Assembly: GCF_006345805.1 (NCBI RefSeq)
Contig: NC_043017.1
Coordinates: forward strand, 6,820,001 to 6,884,000
Source: Octopus sinensis
Lineage: Eukaryota
DNA: 64,000 bases
Direction: 5' to 3'
The stretch's first letter is position 1; the number at the start of each line of letters is the position of its first letter. The translations under genes were made by a program, and so were the position numbers. Of this stretch, positions 1-14,050 are shown in pieces. The notes below the pieces were generated by a model that ran no database searches, was not told where the DNA came from, and worked only from the letters and a program-made list of their open reading frames with translations.

Positions 1-94
1 AAGGCAAAGTCGACCTCGGCGGAATTTGAACTCAGAACGTAACGGCAGACGAAATACGGCTACGCATTTCGCCCGGCGTGCTAACGTTTCTGCC
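1..94 (-). mobile_element. SINE-A head fragment (tRNA-derived)
   Basis: Reverse complement of the head GGCAGAAACGTTAGCACGCCGGGCG...GAGTTCAAATTCC that recurs more than 20 times in the window. Confidence 0.85.
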
Positions 95-523
95 GAAGCA
101 ATCAAAGAAAAACGGCTAGAATTGGCAAATCGTAAAGGAATCGTGTTCTACCATAACAGTGCTAGACCACACATATCTTTGCTAACTTGTGAAAAATTAT
201 TGGAGCTTGGTTGGGAAGTGATGTCCACCATATAGCCCTGAGCTTGCACCATCAGATTACCATTTATTTCAAAGTTTGAAAAATTCTTTGAATGGTAAAA
301 ACTTTCAAAAATGCTGATGACCTGATATTGCACATGCTTCAGTTTTGGGCTGATAAGGACCAGAAGTCCTATAAGCACGGAATCATGAAGTTGCCAGAAA
401 GATGGCAAAAGGTCATCAAACAAAATGGGAAAGATATAATTGATTAAATTTCAATCTTTGTAAGAAAAAATATGACTTTTATTTCACATTAAAAACCGAA
501 ATTACTTTCTTGCCAACCCACTA
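95..523 (+). mobile_element. Decayed mariner, 3' part with right TIR
   Basis: Translates as ANRKGIVFYHNSARPH...PYSPELAPSDYHLFQSL; ends AATTACTTTCTTGCCAACCCAC-TA. Confidence 0.88.
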
Positions 524-555
524 CACACACATGCACACACACACACACACACACA

Positions 556-594
<39 letters not shown>

Positions 595-685
595 CATACA
601 TACATACATACACACACGAGAAGTGTTCATTAAAGATTTCCCTTGACTCACTTCCCAAGGACTGGGATGAATGAAACTTGGCATA

Positions 686-1050
686 ATTATTAGTCCTTCC
701 CTACATAGCCACCATCAATGGTGACACACTTTCCCCATCGCTTTATAAAGCTGTAAAGATCTCATCTGTAGAAGTCGGTAGGTTGCGTCTAGAGCCAAGG
801 CTTTTAGCTCGGAGATAAGTTCACCATCATCGGAAAAGTGATTCTTCTTCAAAGAAGATTTTATGATTGCAAAGAGGTAGAAGTCAAATGGTGCGAGATT
901 AAGGGAGATGAGGAAGGAATTCATAACCGCAGGAGTGTGCCTTCTTCTGGGAAACATGCAGATTGTGAACTGGGGCGAGGACTGGGAGGAGGCGGACTAC
1001 TTTGGTCAGCATGCCACGTCACTTTGCCTTGATGGCGTCCCGCATAAGGA
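686..1050 (-). mobile_element. Decayed mariner transposase, C-terminal part
   Basis: LRDAIKAK*RGMLTK...LAPFDFYLFAIIKSSLKKNHFSDDGELI...KRWGKCV, with frameshifts. Confidence 0.85.
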
Positions 1051-1769
1051 CCGAAAGAAGTCAATGATAAAATAATAGTTAAAACTTAAATTACATTGTT
1101 TACATTATTTACATTTGACGGATAGTTGCGTACTTGGGTCAATCTAATTGACTGGTCCCCTCCCCAAAATTTCAGGCCTTGTGCCTAGAGTAGAAAAGAA
1201 TATTCTTTGGTTATGCTTTCGATAAAACAGTTACTCCCGCAAAGCAAATTAAATAAGATTTGGGATTTTGAGGAAGGTCAAAATTGGTAACACAAACAGG
1301 ACAGTGAAAACAAACAGGAAGGGCTGCTAAGCCTAAACGAGGTTGTGGTGGCGAACGCGTAAATCAAGCATGGACAGGAGACAGACAAGAACACGTCTTC
1401 CTTGTTCCAGCTACAACGGAGAGAAAGAAACACAAGTTAGGAGATGAAAGAAAAATGGCCGATGGTCACGTGGGAGCCACCTGAGCAGGGGAGAGGGAGT
1501 GAGGGAGAGAGAGAGTGACAGATAAGATACAATAGTGGTAGAAGAGAAGGTAAAGAATAAGAGAGAGAAAGAGAGAAAAACGTAAGAGTAAAAAGATCGT
1601 ATAGAGTGCACATCAGAATTATCTGTTCCTTTTTGTCTAAGTCGCTTGGCTACTGGAAATAAGGTCGGATAACTGTCGTGCTGATGACAGTTATCGAGGC
1701 AGAAACTCATGCTCCTAAATGTTTTCGTTAACGGTTTGTTGTCTCTAGATAATTCTTGACTCTTTAGAT

Positions 1770-2098
1770 CAGAGATGCACAACCTGCGACCCGCGATGAC
1801 ATTTTGTGCGGCCCACAAACCCATTTGGCAAAGACTTTCTTGTTTTAATAAGTAACTGAAAATTAACATAACCGCTTGTATCACAATCACACACTGAAAA
1901 CACACAGAAGAATATTTATTTATCAACTTTTATTATATTTCCTTGTGTTATTTTCCTTCATATTTTCATTAACCTTTCTCATACTACTGTTTTTGTATGT
2001 ATCATGATCACCCAAATTATATTGTATACTTTGCGGCCCGCTTTGAGTGACTGAATTCACAATTTGGCCTTTTGGACGAAAAAGGTTGTGCGTCCCTG
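1770..2098. mobile_element. hAT-type MITE
   Basis: TIRs CAGAGATGCACAACCT / AGGTTGTGCGTCCCTG; 8-bp TSD CTTTAGAT/CTTTAAAT. Confidence 0.85.
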
Positions 2099-2136
2099 CT
2101 TTAAATTATCTCCTCTTCTTAAATTGAGCCGGTGTG

Positions 2137-2444
2137 GAGGCACGTGGCCTAGTGGTGAGAGCAGCGGGCTTGCGGTCGAGGGATCGCGGGTTCGAATCTC
2201 AGACCGTGCGATGTGTGTGTTTATGAGTGAAAACACCAAAGATCCACGCGGCTCCGGCAGAAGGTAATGGCGAACTTATGCTGACTCTTTCGCCACAACT
2301 TTCACTCACTCTTTCCTCCTGCATCTTGCAGCTCACTTGCGACGGACCGGCGTCCCGTCCAGATGAGGAACCTATACGCCAAGGAAACCGGGAAACCGGC
2401 CCTTATGAGCCAGGCATGGCTCGAGAAGGAACAAGCAAACAAAC
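2137..2444 (+). mobile_element. SINE-C, tail type 2
   Basis: tRNA-like A/B boxes (TGGCCTAGTGG, GGTTCGAATC); 12-bp TSD AAATTGAGCCGG; second copy at about 58557-58855. Confidence 0.9.
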
Positions 2445-2745
2445 AAATTGAGCCGGCCTCTGTTACCAGTTGGTGAGTATGATACATCTTCAAGAGGCAG
2501 AGATAATTTTAATAATTCATGTATTTGTTTATGGGCCTAAGCTTCTCCGTCAAATACATTGATTTCGTTATTTGCTGCAAGGTTTCTTCGTATTAAAGGA
2601 AAGTAATTTTGGTTATGTCAAACTGGCCTTCCATTGCTTTTTCAAATCTATCTGCAAATGGCTTTCTAGGAAAATTCAATCTCCTCTGCCTGTAGCCATT
2701 TCGCTGGTCGTTTCCTGTTGTCTACATAGCTTTGGCCAACAGCGC

Positions 2746-3481
2746 GTATGTATGTATGTATGTATGTATGTATGTATGTATGTATGTATGTATGCATGTA
2801 TGTATGTATGTATGTATGTATGTATGTATGTATGTATGTATGTATGCAAGTATGTGTGTATGTATGTATTTATGTATGTGTGTATATTTATGTATGTATA
2901 TATGAATGTATGTATGTATGCATGTGTGTGTGTGTATGTATATATGTATGTATGTTTGTATGTATGTATGTATGTATATATGTATCTATGTATTTATGAA
3001 TGTATGTATGTATGGATGGATGCATGTGTGTGTATGTATGTTTGTATGTATGTATGTATGTGTGTGTGTATGTATGTATGTATGTATGTAAGCATGTATA
3101 TATGTATGTATGTATGTGTGTATGTATGTATGTGTATGTATGTATGTATGTATGTATGTATGTATGTATGTACGAGTGTGTTATGTACATGCATGCATAC
3201 ATACATACGTAGATAATACATTCATATATACACACTACATACATACACACATGCATATATACATACATACGTATTTATGTATATATGCATGTTATATTCA
3301 TACACACATACATTTCTTTTCTCTTTTGTTTTTATATATGCACGTATCGATGTATATGTACGCACACAACTGCGTACAGAAACGTACGCTCACACATTTA
3401 CAAATGCAAAATTACACACACACACACACTAACAAATAAACAAACACACACACGCACGCACGCGCGCGCACACACACACAC

Positions 3482-3524
<43 letters not shown>

Positions 3525-3530
3525 CGCACA
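2746..3530. repeat. (TATG)n / (CA)n compound microsatellite
   Basis: Visible directly in the sequence. Confidence 0.95.
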
Positions 3531-3792
3531 CATCCCCATCCACAACGCCAATAACCAGCATTGTGCTATATTCAGAGTGGAAACACTCCAATTTTACTGA
3601 ACCTCACCTAAAAATTCCTCATAGTTTTCGAAGCAGAAGTTAACCATTTATATTCCTAAGACTGTTATTGGAAATATTTCTTTGACATTAAGATAAAACA
3701 AATATTTCAACTATTTTACATTAATTCTTCAATGCTCCCCCTCCGCTTCATTTTATTTCTGGTTCAATTTATTTATTTAATTCCATCGACAG

Positions 3793-3879
3793 AATTTACT
3801 GGATGACATCGGATTTGTTGGCTTTGATGGGAAGGTTAAGATCGGTACAACTAACAAGGTACCTGGTTTTGTTTGTATG
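3793..3879 (+). CDS. Candidate exon of an unidentified + strand gene (NLLDDIGFVGFDGKVKIGTTNKVPGFVCM)
   Basis: Long pyrimidine tract then GACAG|, 87 nt open, ATG|GTAAAT donor, in unique sequence; no homology recognised. Confidence 0.4.
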
Positions 3880-3892
3880 GTAAATATATACG

Positions 3893-5065
3893 GCGTAGGC
3901 GTGGCTGTGTGGTAACAAACTTGCTTCCCAACCATATGGTTCCGGGTACAGTCCCACTCCGTGTCACCTTGGGCAAATGTCTTCTTCCATAGTTCCAGGC
4001 CTACCAGAGCCTTCTGAATGGATTTGGTAGACGGAAACTGAAAGAAGCCCGTCATATATATATATATATATAATATATATATATATATTATATATATATA
4101 TATATTATATATATATAAAATAAGAAAATGGAGGAATAAATTTTAATCAATCATCAACTACTGGATAATACCAATTCATATAATTTATTAACTAATTATA
4201 TAGGAACATCTAGATCAAACAGAATAATACAGAATAAAACAGTACACATCAATGAGTAAGATAATACCATAAGAACAATACATATAAATAGATATAAATA
4301 TAAATATAAATATAAAAATATAAATATAAAAATATAAAAATAAAATGGAACTACTTTACTGGCAGTATATTGGATAAATGTTATCCCATAGTGGGTTAAA
4401 CTCACAACCCCTATCTCACTTTGTAATTTTATATATATATCTGTGTGTGTGTCATTCTGTCTGTGTTTGTGCCCCCCCCCCCACGCTTGACAACCGGTAC
4501 TGAGATTTCGTTTGTCTTTTACGGCTGCTGAAGTGGACGAAGGTGTTACAATGCAGGCGATTGAATGCAGGTTTTTACACCTGAAAGGTCGTACACCAAA
4601 AAGAGATTTTCAATGAGATGAAAGAAGTTTATGGTGACACCGTCAAGCACTGGAATCGCCAGTTCTAATGTGGTCGGACATCGGTGGAAACTGCTCCTAT
4701 TCCTGGGCGATCACATTCTGCCATTGATGACGACACCATCCATAAAGTGAATGCCGCCATTTTGGATGATCATCGCATAACTTTTTGGCAACTAGCCCAA
4801 GAAGTGAAGGTAAGTGTGGGGTCCATGGAAAACATCATTGATGACCATTTGCAAATGCGGAAGTTGTCTGCACGATGGATTTTCCATCATCGCTTGACAA
4901 CCGATGTTGGTGTGTTTATGTCCATGGAACTTAACGGTTCGACAAAAAGAGACCGATAGAAGAATTACTATGCTTACAAAGAATAATTCCTCGAGTCGAT
5001 TTCTTCGACTAAAGGTGGTGCCCCAGTATGGCCACAGTGAAATGACTGAAACATGTAAAAGAAAA
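3893..5065 (+). mobile_element. SINE-B pieces interrupted by other sequence, including a mariner fragment
   Basis: 5' half at 3893-4060; 3' half resumes at about 4885 and ends in the GACTGAAAC-(A/G)TAAAAGA tail. Confidence 0.75.
4498..4885 (+). mobile_element. Mariner transposase N-terminal (HTH) fragment
   Basis: HLKGRTPKEIFNEMKEVYGD...ETAPIPGRSHSAIDDDTIHKV...HLQMRKLSARWI. Confidence 0.88.
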
Positions 5066-5072
5066 TAAAAGA

Positions 5073-5129
<57 letters not shown>

Positions 5130-5283
5130 TAATAATTATAATAATAATAATCCTCTCTACTTGAGGCACAAGGCCTCAAATTTGGGGGGGAGAGGACTAG
5201 TCGATTATATCGACCCCAGTTTATGTAGTGAGAATCGTGTTCCACAATAGACACCTGGATATATATATGTGTGTGTGTGTGCA

Positions 5284-5360
<77 letters not shown>

Positions 5361-5541
5361 ATCTGTATATATATATGTATATATATATGATTGTATGTTA
5401 GTTCCTTGTTTTTTTTTTGGGTGGGGAGAAGGGTTACTATTTATATATATATATATATACATACATATATATGTACACGCACGTATACATATGTATATAC
5501 ATTTATATATGTATAACAATATTTATCAATCCATCCATCCC

Positions 5542-5604
<63 letters not shown>

Positions 5605-5625
5605 GTCTGTCTATCTGTCTATCTA

Positions 5626-5670
<45 letters not shown>

Positions 5671-6069
5671 ATATCTATTTGTATACATACATACACATAC
5701 ATATATATATATATGTATATATGTATACACATATGTATATCTATATACACATACACAAAGGTGTATATATACACACATGCATATATGTGTGTATATATAT
5801 ATTTATATGTATTTTCTTTTCATATATGAATCTACACACACTCACACATAATACACACAAATATGCATTTCCCTTGGCGCGACCATCAGTGATTACCCAT
5901 TCATAGTGGATTATATAAAGTGGAAGTTTAGTCATTTCGAGATAATCCTGATAGAAGTATTGTTAATCGTATTGGTAATCCGCTACACTTATGTGAGGGT
6001 GTTAATTTGAGACTATGAATCACCAAAAAGGCAATATACATACGTCATTATAATTAGCATTGTCCATCG

Positions 6070-6103
<34 letters not shown>

Positions 6104-6164
6104 TAACATCGTCATCACCATCCTCATAATCGTCGTCGTCGTCGACATCACCCCTTACTACTAT

Positions 6165-6218
<54 letters not shown>

Positions 6219-6288
6219 CACCGCCGCCGCCACCACCACTACTACTACAACCACCACCACCACCACCACCACCACCACCACCACCACC

Positions 6289-6344
<56 letters not shown>

Positions 6345-6381
6345 CACCACCACCACCATCACCACCACCACCACCACCACC

Positions 6382-6428
<47 letters not shown>

Positions 6429-6751
6429 CACCACCACCATCACCACCACTGTTATTATAGTCTTCATAATCAGTGGTACTAATAGATTTGTCATGGCCGG
6501 GGTCAATTCTGGCCGACATATTTTTTATGCCTCAAAGCGTTATTCATCGCCATCATCCTCATCATGATCTTCTCGTCATGGCTGATGTCATCATCATCAC
6601 AGTCATCACTGTGGCAAAGACGATGACGACGACGACGACCACCACCACCACCACCACCACCACCACCGCCACCGCCACCTAAGCTCATCATCATCATCAT
6701 CATAATCATCACAGTCGTCGTCGCAATACGTGAAAGATGATGGGTCGAACA

Positions 6752-7017
6752 GTTTTACTCTTTTACTCTTTTACTTGTTTTACTCTTTTACTCTTTTACT
6801 CTTTTACTTGTTTCAGTCATTTGACTGCGGCCATGCTGGTGCACCGCCTTTTAGTCGAGCGAATAGACCCCGGGACTTATTCTTTGTAAGCCGAGTACTT
6901 ATTCTATCGGTCTCTTTTTGCCGAACCGCTAAGTGACGGGGACGTAAACAGACCAGCATCGGTTGTCAGGCAATGCTAGGAGGACAAACACAGACTCACA
7001 AACTCACACACACTTAC

Positions 7018-7078
<61 letters not shown>

Positions 7079-7238
7079 GACAGGCTTCTTTCAGTTTCCG
7101 TCTACCAAATCCACTCACAGGGCATTGGTCGGCCCTGGGGCTATAGCAGAAGACACTTGTCCAAGATGCCACGCAGTGGGACTGAACCCGGAACCATGTA
7201 GTTGGTTAGCAAGCTAATTACCACACAGCCACTCCTGC
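6752..7238 (-). mobile_element. SINE-B, full length with internal (TA)n
   Basis: Head GCAGGAGTGGCTGTGTGGT, internal microsatellite, (GTAAAAGA)n tail. Confidence 0.9.
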
Positions 7239-7417
7239 AATATATTCTAAATTGATTCTGCAGATTTTGAAGTTTCTTAAAGGTTATAATAATGACGTCA
7301 AACCAATTAATAATATTTTGAAAGCATTTGACTCGTGCGTTTCAGATCATTGCGTAACATAACAGGAAATACATCACTTGCGCAATACCTTCCTCAGTTC
7401 CTATATTACAAAATTTA

Positions 7418-8000
7418 AGGCAGCGAGCTGGCAAAAACGTTAGCACGCCGGGCGAAATGCTTTGCGGTAATTCGTCTGCCCTTACGTTCTGAGTTCGAAT
7501 TCCGCCGAGGTCAACTTTGACTTTCATCCTCTCGGGGTCGATTAAATAAGTACCAGTTACGTACTGGGGTCGATGTAGTCGACTTAATCCGTTTGTCTGT
7601 CCTTGTTTGTCCCCTCTGTGTTTATCCCCTTGTGAGTAGTAAAGAAATAAGTATTTTGTCTGCCGCTGCGTTGTGAGTTCAAATTCCGCCGAGGTCAACT
7701 TTGACTTTCATCCTTTCGGGGTCGATTAAATAAGTACCAGTTACGTACTGGGGTCGATGTAGTCGACTTAATCCGTTTGTCTGTCCTTGTTTGTCCCCTC
7801 TGTGTTTATCCCCTTGTGAGTAGTAAAGAAATAAGTATTTTGTCTGCCGCTGCGTTGTGAGTTCAAATTCCACCGAGGTCGACTTTGACTTTCATCCTTT
7901 CGGGGCCGATAAATTAGGTACCAGTTGCGTACTGGGGTCGATCTAATCGACTGGCTCCCTTCACACAAATTTCGGGTCTTTTACCTAAAGTAGAAAAGAA
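7418..8000 (+). mobile_element. SINE-A trimer inside one 16-bp TSD
   Basis: 184-bp period (GAGTTC at 7491, 7675, 7859); TSD TATATTACAAAATTTA at 7402-7417 and 8001-8016. Confidence 0.92.
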
Positions 8001-8394
8001 TATATTACAAAATTTATTTTGAATTGTATGTATTTAAATGCTTTTAAAATAATATTCGGTTCGACATCACTATAATACATGTGTGTAATATATGTATGTG
8101 TGTGTCATTATCTCTCCCCCCACTACCACTGCTTGACAATCGGTGTTGGTGTGTTTACGTCCCCGTAACTTAGCCGCTCGTTAAAACAGACGATAGAATA
8201 AATTGAAGGCTTAAACAAATTTTTACTGGGGCCAATTTGTCTGACTAAATTTCTTCAGGGCGGTGCCCCAGCATGACCAAAGTGTATGACTGAAACGATT
8301 TAAAAAGATAAAAGAAGACCCCCCCTCCACACATACTGTTCGATAGATAGATAGATAGAGAGAGAGAAAGATAGATTGACAAAGGTGAGAGAGT

Positions 8395-8444
<50 letters not shown>

Positions 8445-8785
8445 TGTTTCTTTATTAACCACACAGGGCTGCACAAAGACGGGACAAATTACAAGGTAGA
8501 GCTTTTCTTTTGGGGATAAAAAAGGGAGTTTGGTTTTCGATCAGAAGGGATCGTAAAAGGAAAGAAGGAGGAAAGCAAAAAAAAGAAAGCAAGGAAAAAA
8601 ATGGAGGGGAATAAAATAAAAGGAAAAAGAAAAAAATCGATCAATAGGGATCGTTATCACAGAAATGTCAATATAAAGTGTAAAGGGGAGGACAGGTGAG
8701 GTTTACCCGTGGAAAGAAAAGCCTACGTAAAAGACCACGGTAACCTCGGTCAATGAAGTCACATACTCTTTTACTCTTTTACTCT
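8445..8785 (-). mobile_element. LINE-type 3' end (probably Tx1) abutting a (TCTA)n array
   Basis: Minus strand ends ...GCAGCCCTGTGTGGTTAATAAAGAAACATA then (TCTA)n. There is no coding sequence here, so the clade is inferred. Confidence 0.6.
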
Positions 8786-9314
8786 TTTACTTGTTTCAGT
8801 TATTTGACTGTGGCCATGCTGGAGCACCGCCTTTAGTCGAGCAAATTGACCCCGGGACTTATTCTTTGTAAGCCCAGTACTTATTCATCGGTGTCTTTTG
8901 CCGAACCGCTAAGTGACGGGGACGTAAACACACCAGCATCGGTTGTCAAGCAATGCTAGGGGACATGTTATATATTTTTTTACAAATAAGCAACATAGAT
9001 TGATAGGTGAGTCGTTCAAATTGTGTCGTACAGGTACGAAATAATATGAGATGCATGGCCAAATAGTGAGCATGTTGGACACACACGATCGTTACACCCT
9101 GAATACATACGCATACAGACGTTCATACGTAATACATACGTATAGCATATATAAATACATACGTACACACATACGTACATACATACATACATACATACAT
9201 ACGTACATACATACATAGATACATACAAACATACGTACATACATACATACATACATATATACATATACATACATAGATGTTAGAACTACAAACATCGAAA
9301 ATATATAATTGATT

Positions 9315-9432
9315 CAACAACAGTAGTAGTAGTAGTGGTGGTGGTGGTGGTGGTGGTAGTAGTAGTAGTAGTAGTGGTGGTGGTGGTGGTGGTGGTGGTG
9401 GTGGTAGTAGTAGTAGTAGTAGCGGTGTGGTG

Positions 9433-9479
<47 letters not shown>

Positions 9480-9486
9480 GGTGGTG

Positions 9487-9519
<33 letters not shown>

Positions 9520-9587
9520 AAAGTTGTAATAGTAGCAGCAGTAGCAGCAAGGCAGTAGTTGTATGAGCAAGAACAGCAGCAGCAGCG

Positions 9588-9618
<31 letters not shown>

Positions 9619-9826
9619 CTGTGATAATGGTAGTAGTAGCAGTGGTTGTGGTGGTGGTAACATTAGTTGTAGAGGCGCTAGTAGAGTATTGGTAGATGTG
9701 ATGGTAGAAGCTGTTACAGCGCTGGTTCTAGTTTAAAAATTATGGTGGTGGTGGTGGTGGATGCAGCGGTAGAAGTCATTACTGTGGTAGTGGGGGGGGA
9801 GTAGTTAGTTGCAGTGGAGGTTTCGA

Positions 9827-9880
<54 letters not shown>

Positions 9881-9972
9881 TGGTAGTAGTAGTAGTAGTA
9901 GTGGTTAGTAGTAGTAGTATGTGGTAGTAGTAGTAGTAGTGGTGGTAGTAGTAGTAGTAGTAGTAAGTAGTG

Positions 9973-10018
<46 letters not shown>

Positions 10019-10028
10019 TAGTAGTGTG

Positions 10029-10084
<56 letters not shown>

Positions 10085-10744
10085 TAGTAGTAGTAGTAGT
10101 AGTATAGTTGTGTCGGTGGGTAGAACGACGGCGGTGCCGTAATGTAGGGGATGCAGTGCTGGCAGTGTAGGGAAAGTGTTAGACTGGTGGTGGCGGCCGT
10201 ATAATGGTAGGGGTGGTGTTAGTGTTGCGAAGGTGCTGGTGGTGGTGGTGGTAGTAGTTGTGGTGGGAGGTAATGGTGATAGGGATTATAGTGCTGATGT
10301 TGTTGTTGTTGGCGGTGGTGGTGGTGGTGGTGGTGGTACTAGTGGAGTGGTAGTGTAGCTTTGATGATATTAGTGTTGTTGCTGGTGGTGTTGGTGGTAG
10401 TGTTGCTTTGATGATGTTAGTGTTGTTGTTAGTGGTAGTGGAGTGGTAGTATTGTAGTGATGGTATTAGTGTTGTTGGTGGTGGTATTGGTGGTAGTGGA
10501 GTGGTTGTATTGCATTGATGGTGTTAGTGTTATTGTTGGTGGTGTTGGTGGTAGTGGAGTGGTAGTATTGCAGTGATGGTGTTAGTGTTGTTGTTGGTAG
10601 TGTTGGTGGTAGTGGAGTGGTAGTGTTGCAGTGATGGTGTTAGTGTTGTTGTTGTTGGTAGTGGTGATGATGTTGGTCGTGATGATGGTGATGACGGTGG
10701 TCGTGGTGGTAGAAGAGCAGATGAGGTGGTGATGATGGCGATAG

Positions 10745-10775
<31 letters not shown>

Positions 10776-11009
10776 AGTGGAGTGGTGGTGAGTGTGAAGG
10801 AGATGGTAGCAGCTGTATCAGCAAAAATGCCGGTTGCGATGGTATTGGTAGCGGTGGTGGTTGTTGTTTAGGTTATAGTAACATTTTGTCGTGAGGTTGG
10901 CAATGGTCTTGGTGGTAGTGGCGGTCATTATGATAGTGACGGTGGTGGTCGTAGCAGTAGTAGTAGTAGTAGTAGTAGCTGCAGCAGCAGCAGCAGTAGT
11001 AGTAGTAGT

Positions 11010-11041
<32 letters not shown>

Positions 11042-12455
11042 CTGATGGTGGTGTTGGTGTAGGTAGTAGCGGAGGTGGTGGTGGAGGTGGTGATGTTGAT
11101 AAAGGTGGTAGTAGTAGTAGTAGTAGTAATAGTGGTGGTGTTGGTAGAAGTAGTAGTAATGGTGGTGGTGGTGGTGGTAGTGATAATGGTAGAGGTGGTG
11201 GTAGTAGAAGTAATGGTGCTGGAGGTTGTAATTGGTGGTGGTGGTGGTGAAAGTAGTACCATGTACAGCAGTAGCAGTTAAGTGAAGAGGGAAGGTGGGA
11301 GGAAAACCATAACCGAGATTGTAATAATAATAGTATGGGTTAAAGTAGCAATGGTGGTAGTAGCAGTTAATGTGTTAGTTGTGAACCAAAGACTAACCAT
11401 TATCCAACGTATGTCTTCCCAAATACACAATTCTAAGCTTTGAGTTGAGGGGGACTTGGCTGCTGTTTTTAGCAGCTTCAGCAACCAGATGTAAAATCTA
11501 TAGTGGTGGTGGTGGTGGTGGTGGTGGCGGTGATGGTGATGGTGTGATGGTGATGGTGGTAGTGGCGGTTGTGGCGGTGGTGGTGGTGATAGTGGCAGTG
11601 GCGGTGGTGATGGTAGTGGCGGTGGTGGTAGTAGCGGCGGTGGTGGTGGTGATAGTGATGGTAGTGGCGGTGGTGGTGGTGGTGATAGTGGTGGCGGCGG
11701 TTGAAGTAGCGGTGATGGTAGTGGCGGGTGTTGAGGTGGTCGCGGTGGTGGTCACAGCGTGAGTTGTGGTGGTAGCGGTTGTTTTGGCGCTAGTGGTGAT
11801 GAGAGTTTAGGTGGTAGTGGTGGGTGTGGTTTTTGTAGTTTAAGTGATGGTGGTGGTGGTGGGGGGTTGATAGTTTAGGTGGTAGTGGTAGTGGTGGTAG
11901 TTTTACTAGTTTAATTGATGGTGGTGGCGGTGGTGGTGGGTTTTGGTAGTTTAGGTGGTGGTGGTAGTTTTGGAGATAGTGGTGGTCGTTTTGGTGGTAA
12001 TGGCGGTGGTAATTTTAGTGGTAGTGGTGGTGGTGGTGGTGGTGGTAGTGCTTGTAGTGGTAGCAGTGGTTGTAGTTGTAGTAGTAGTAGTGGTGATAGT
12101 GACTGTGATAGTCGCAGAGGTGGCAGTGGTTTTGGTGGTAGTGTGATGATGCAATTGGTGTTAGTGGAAAATATAGTCTTGGTAGCAGTAGTGTGGTAGT
12201 AACAGTGATGTCACTGTGTGAGTGACATAATAGTTATTGCTGTTGTCTACGATGGTGGCAGAGGTGACGGTGGTGGTGGTAGTAGTAATGTAACTGTGGG
12301 GGTAATGGTAGTAGGAGTAGGGTTGCACAGCAGTGGTGGTGGTGATGGTTGCGGTGGTAGCAGTGCTACAGTGGTAATGATGTCACTGTGGTAGTAGTAG
12401 TAGTAGCGGCAGCAACGGTAGTGGTGGTGGTGGTGGTGGTGGTGGTGGTGGTGGA
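9315..12455. repeat. About 3.1 kb GGT/AGT triplet low-complexity field
   Basis: Interleaved (GGT)n, (AGT)n and (GCA)n runs. Confidence 0.95.
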
Positions 12456-12579
12456 AGAAAAATGAGGTAGATTTAAGGTGTATCAAAGGGCGTGATAGGG
12501 TTTGTGTGTGTCTGTGCGCGCACGTATCTGCGTGTGCGACTGTCACACGACGTCCGTACGTGTGTGTGTGTATGTGTGT

Positions 12580-12620
<41 letters not shown>

Positions 12621-13279
12621 AGAGAGTGTGTGTATGTGAGTGTATTTGTGCGTATGTCTGTTTGTTTGTATGTATGTACGCATGTGCGCCTGTATGTGTA
12701 TGATAAGAGAAAGAATCAGGGGAAAGGAATTAGAAAAAGAGAGAGAGAAAGAGAGACAGAAAGAGAGCGAGAGAGAGAGAGAGGGAGTGAAAGAGAGAGG
12801 GAGATAGAGTAATGGTGAGAAAGAGTAGAAAGAGAGATAAAGAGGGAAAGGTATTAAAGAGAGAGAGAAAGAGAGAAGGGAAGAGGAGTGTAAGCTAGCG
12901 TGAGAAATACGTGACAGAGGGACAGAAAAAGTTATTATGGCAGACGATTTTGAAAAATTATGCAAGTAGACTGATGTCTTGACAAGGAGGAAAAGTTTAG
13001 GCTAGGGGAGAGACAAACGCTGGAAAATGGTTGAGAAATTAAAAAGAACGTTCGTATTTGATATTTCAGTGGAAAGAAAACTTCATTTTACATGATTTGG
13101 GTCATTTCTGAAGCCAATGTTTGACAAGAAGCTGATACGGCAAAATTATAATTGAAATGATTGTTTGTAAGAAGGAAGGATGGATGGATGAATGGATGGA
13201 TGGATGGATGGATGGATGCATGCATGCATGGACAGACTGATTGATTGCTTAATAGATTGATTGAGTGATTGATTGATTG

Positions 13280-13379
13280 NNNNNNNNNNNNNNNNNNNNN
13301 NNNNNNNNNNNNNNNNNNNNNNNNNNNNNNNNNNNNNNNNNNNNNNNNNNNNNNNNNNNNNNNNNNNNNNNNNNNNNNN
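13280..13379. other. Assembly gap (100 N)
   Basis: Run of N. Confidence 0.99.
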
Positions 13380-13732
13380 TTTAGAAACATGCACATGAAG
13401 GTTGCATCATCACTCATGTAAATACCCAGGTCTCGCACTGATTGTGCCTCTGGGATTGCAATCCCTCAGGTCCAGTGTATGTATTGGGTATTGCATTTAG
13501 TTTTGCATGCTGATAGCATAAAACTTGAAACTTTTCAGCATTGAACTGCATGCTATCTTTCAGCCTACTTGTAGATTTTGTCCAGCTCACATTGCAGGTG
13601 CTTAGTGTCTTCAGGGTTCTGTATTGCCTGTGAAACTTTTGCATCATCTGCCATAACTTGTGATCGTGGCTCTCTGCGTGGCTGAGGGCATGTCTGAGAG
13701 AGCCATTATGAACAGTAGTGGTCCCAGAACAT
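13380..13732 (-). mobile_element. CR1/L2-group LINE reverse-transcriptase fragment
   Basis: [16 protein letters not shown]...SY(A)DD...MQFNAEKFQ...VRDLGIYMSDD, with frameshifts. Confidence 0.88.
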
Positions 13733-13830
13733 TTATATATATATATACATTTATATATATATATATATTATATAATATATATATATATATTATATATATA
13801 TATATATATATAAATACTATATACATACAT

Positions 13831-13939
<109 letters not shown>

Positions 13940-14050
13940 CATATATATATATATTGAGGGCCCAGTGAACAGACGTGCAGTGGGAAAACTGATTGATACT
14001 GGGCGAGTAAGTGAAGAGAATGCTTAGAAGTTTGGACCCCATGAGTATTA

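Noticed and set aside
1262-1300. KVKIGNTN similarity to the candidate exon at 3793
   Set aside because: A match of about 20 of 27 nt is expected by chance in 64 kb, and the frame is closed on both sides.
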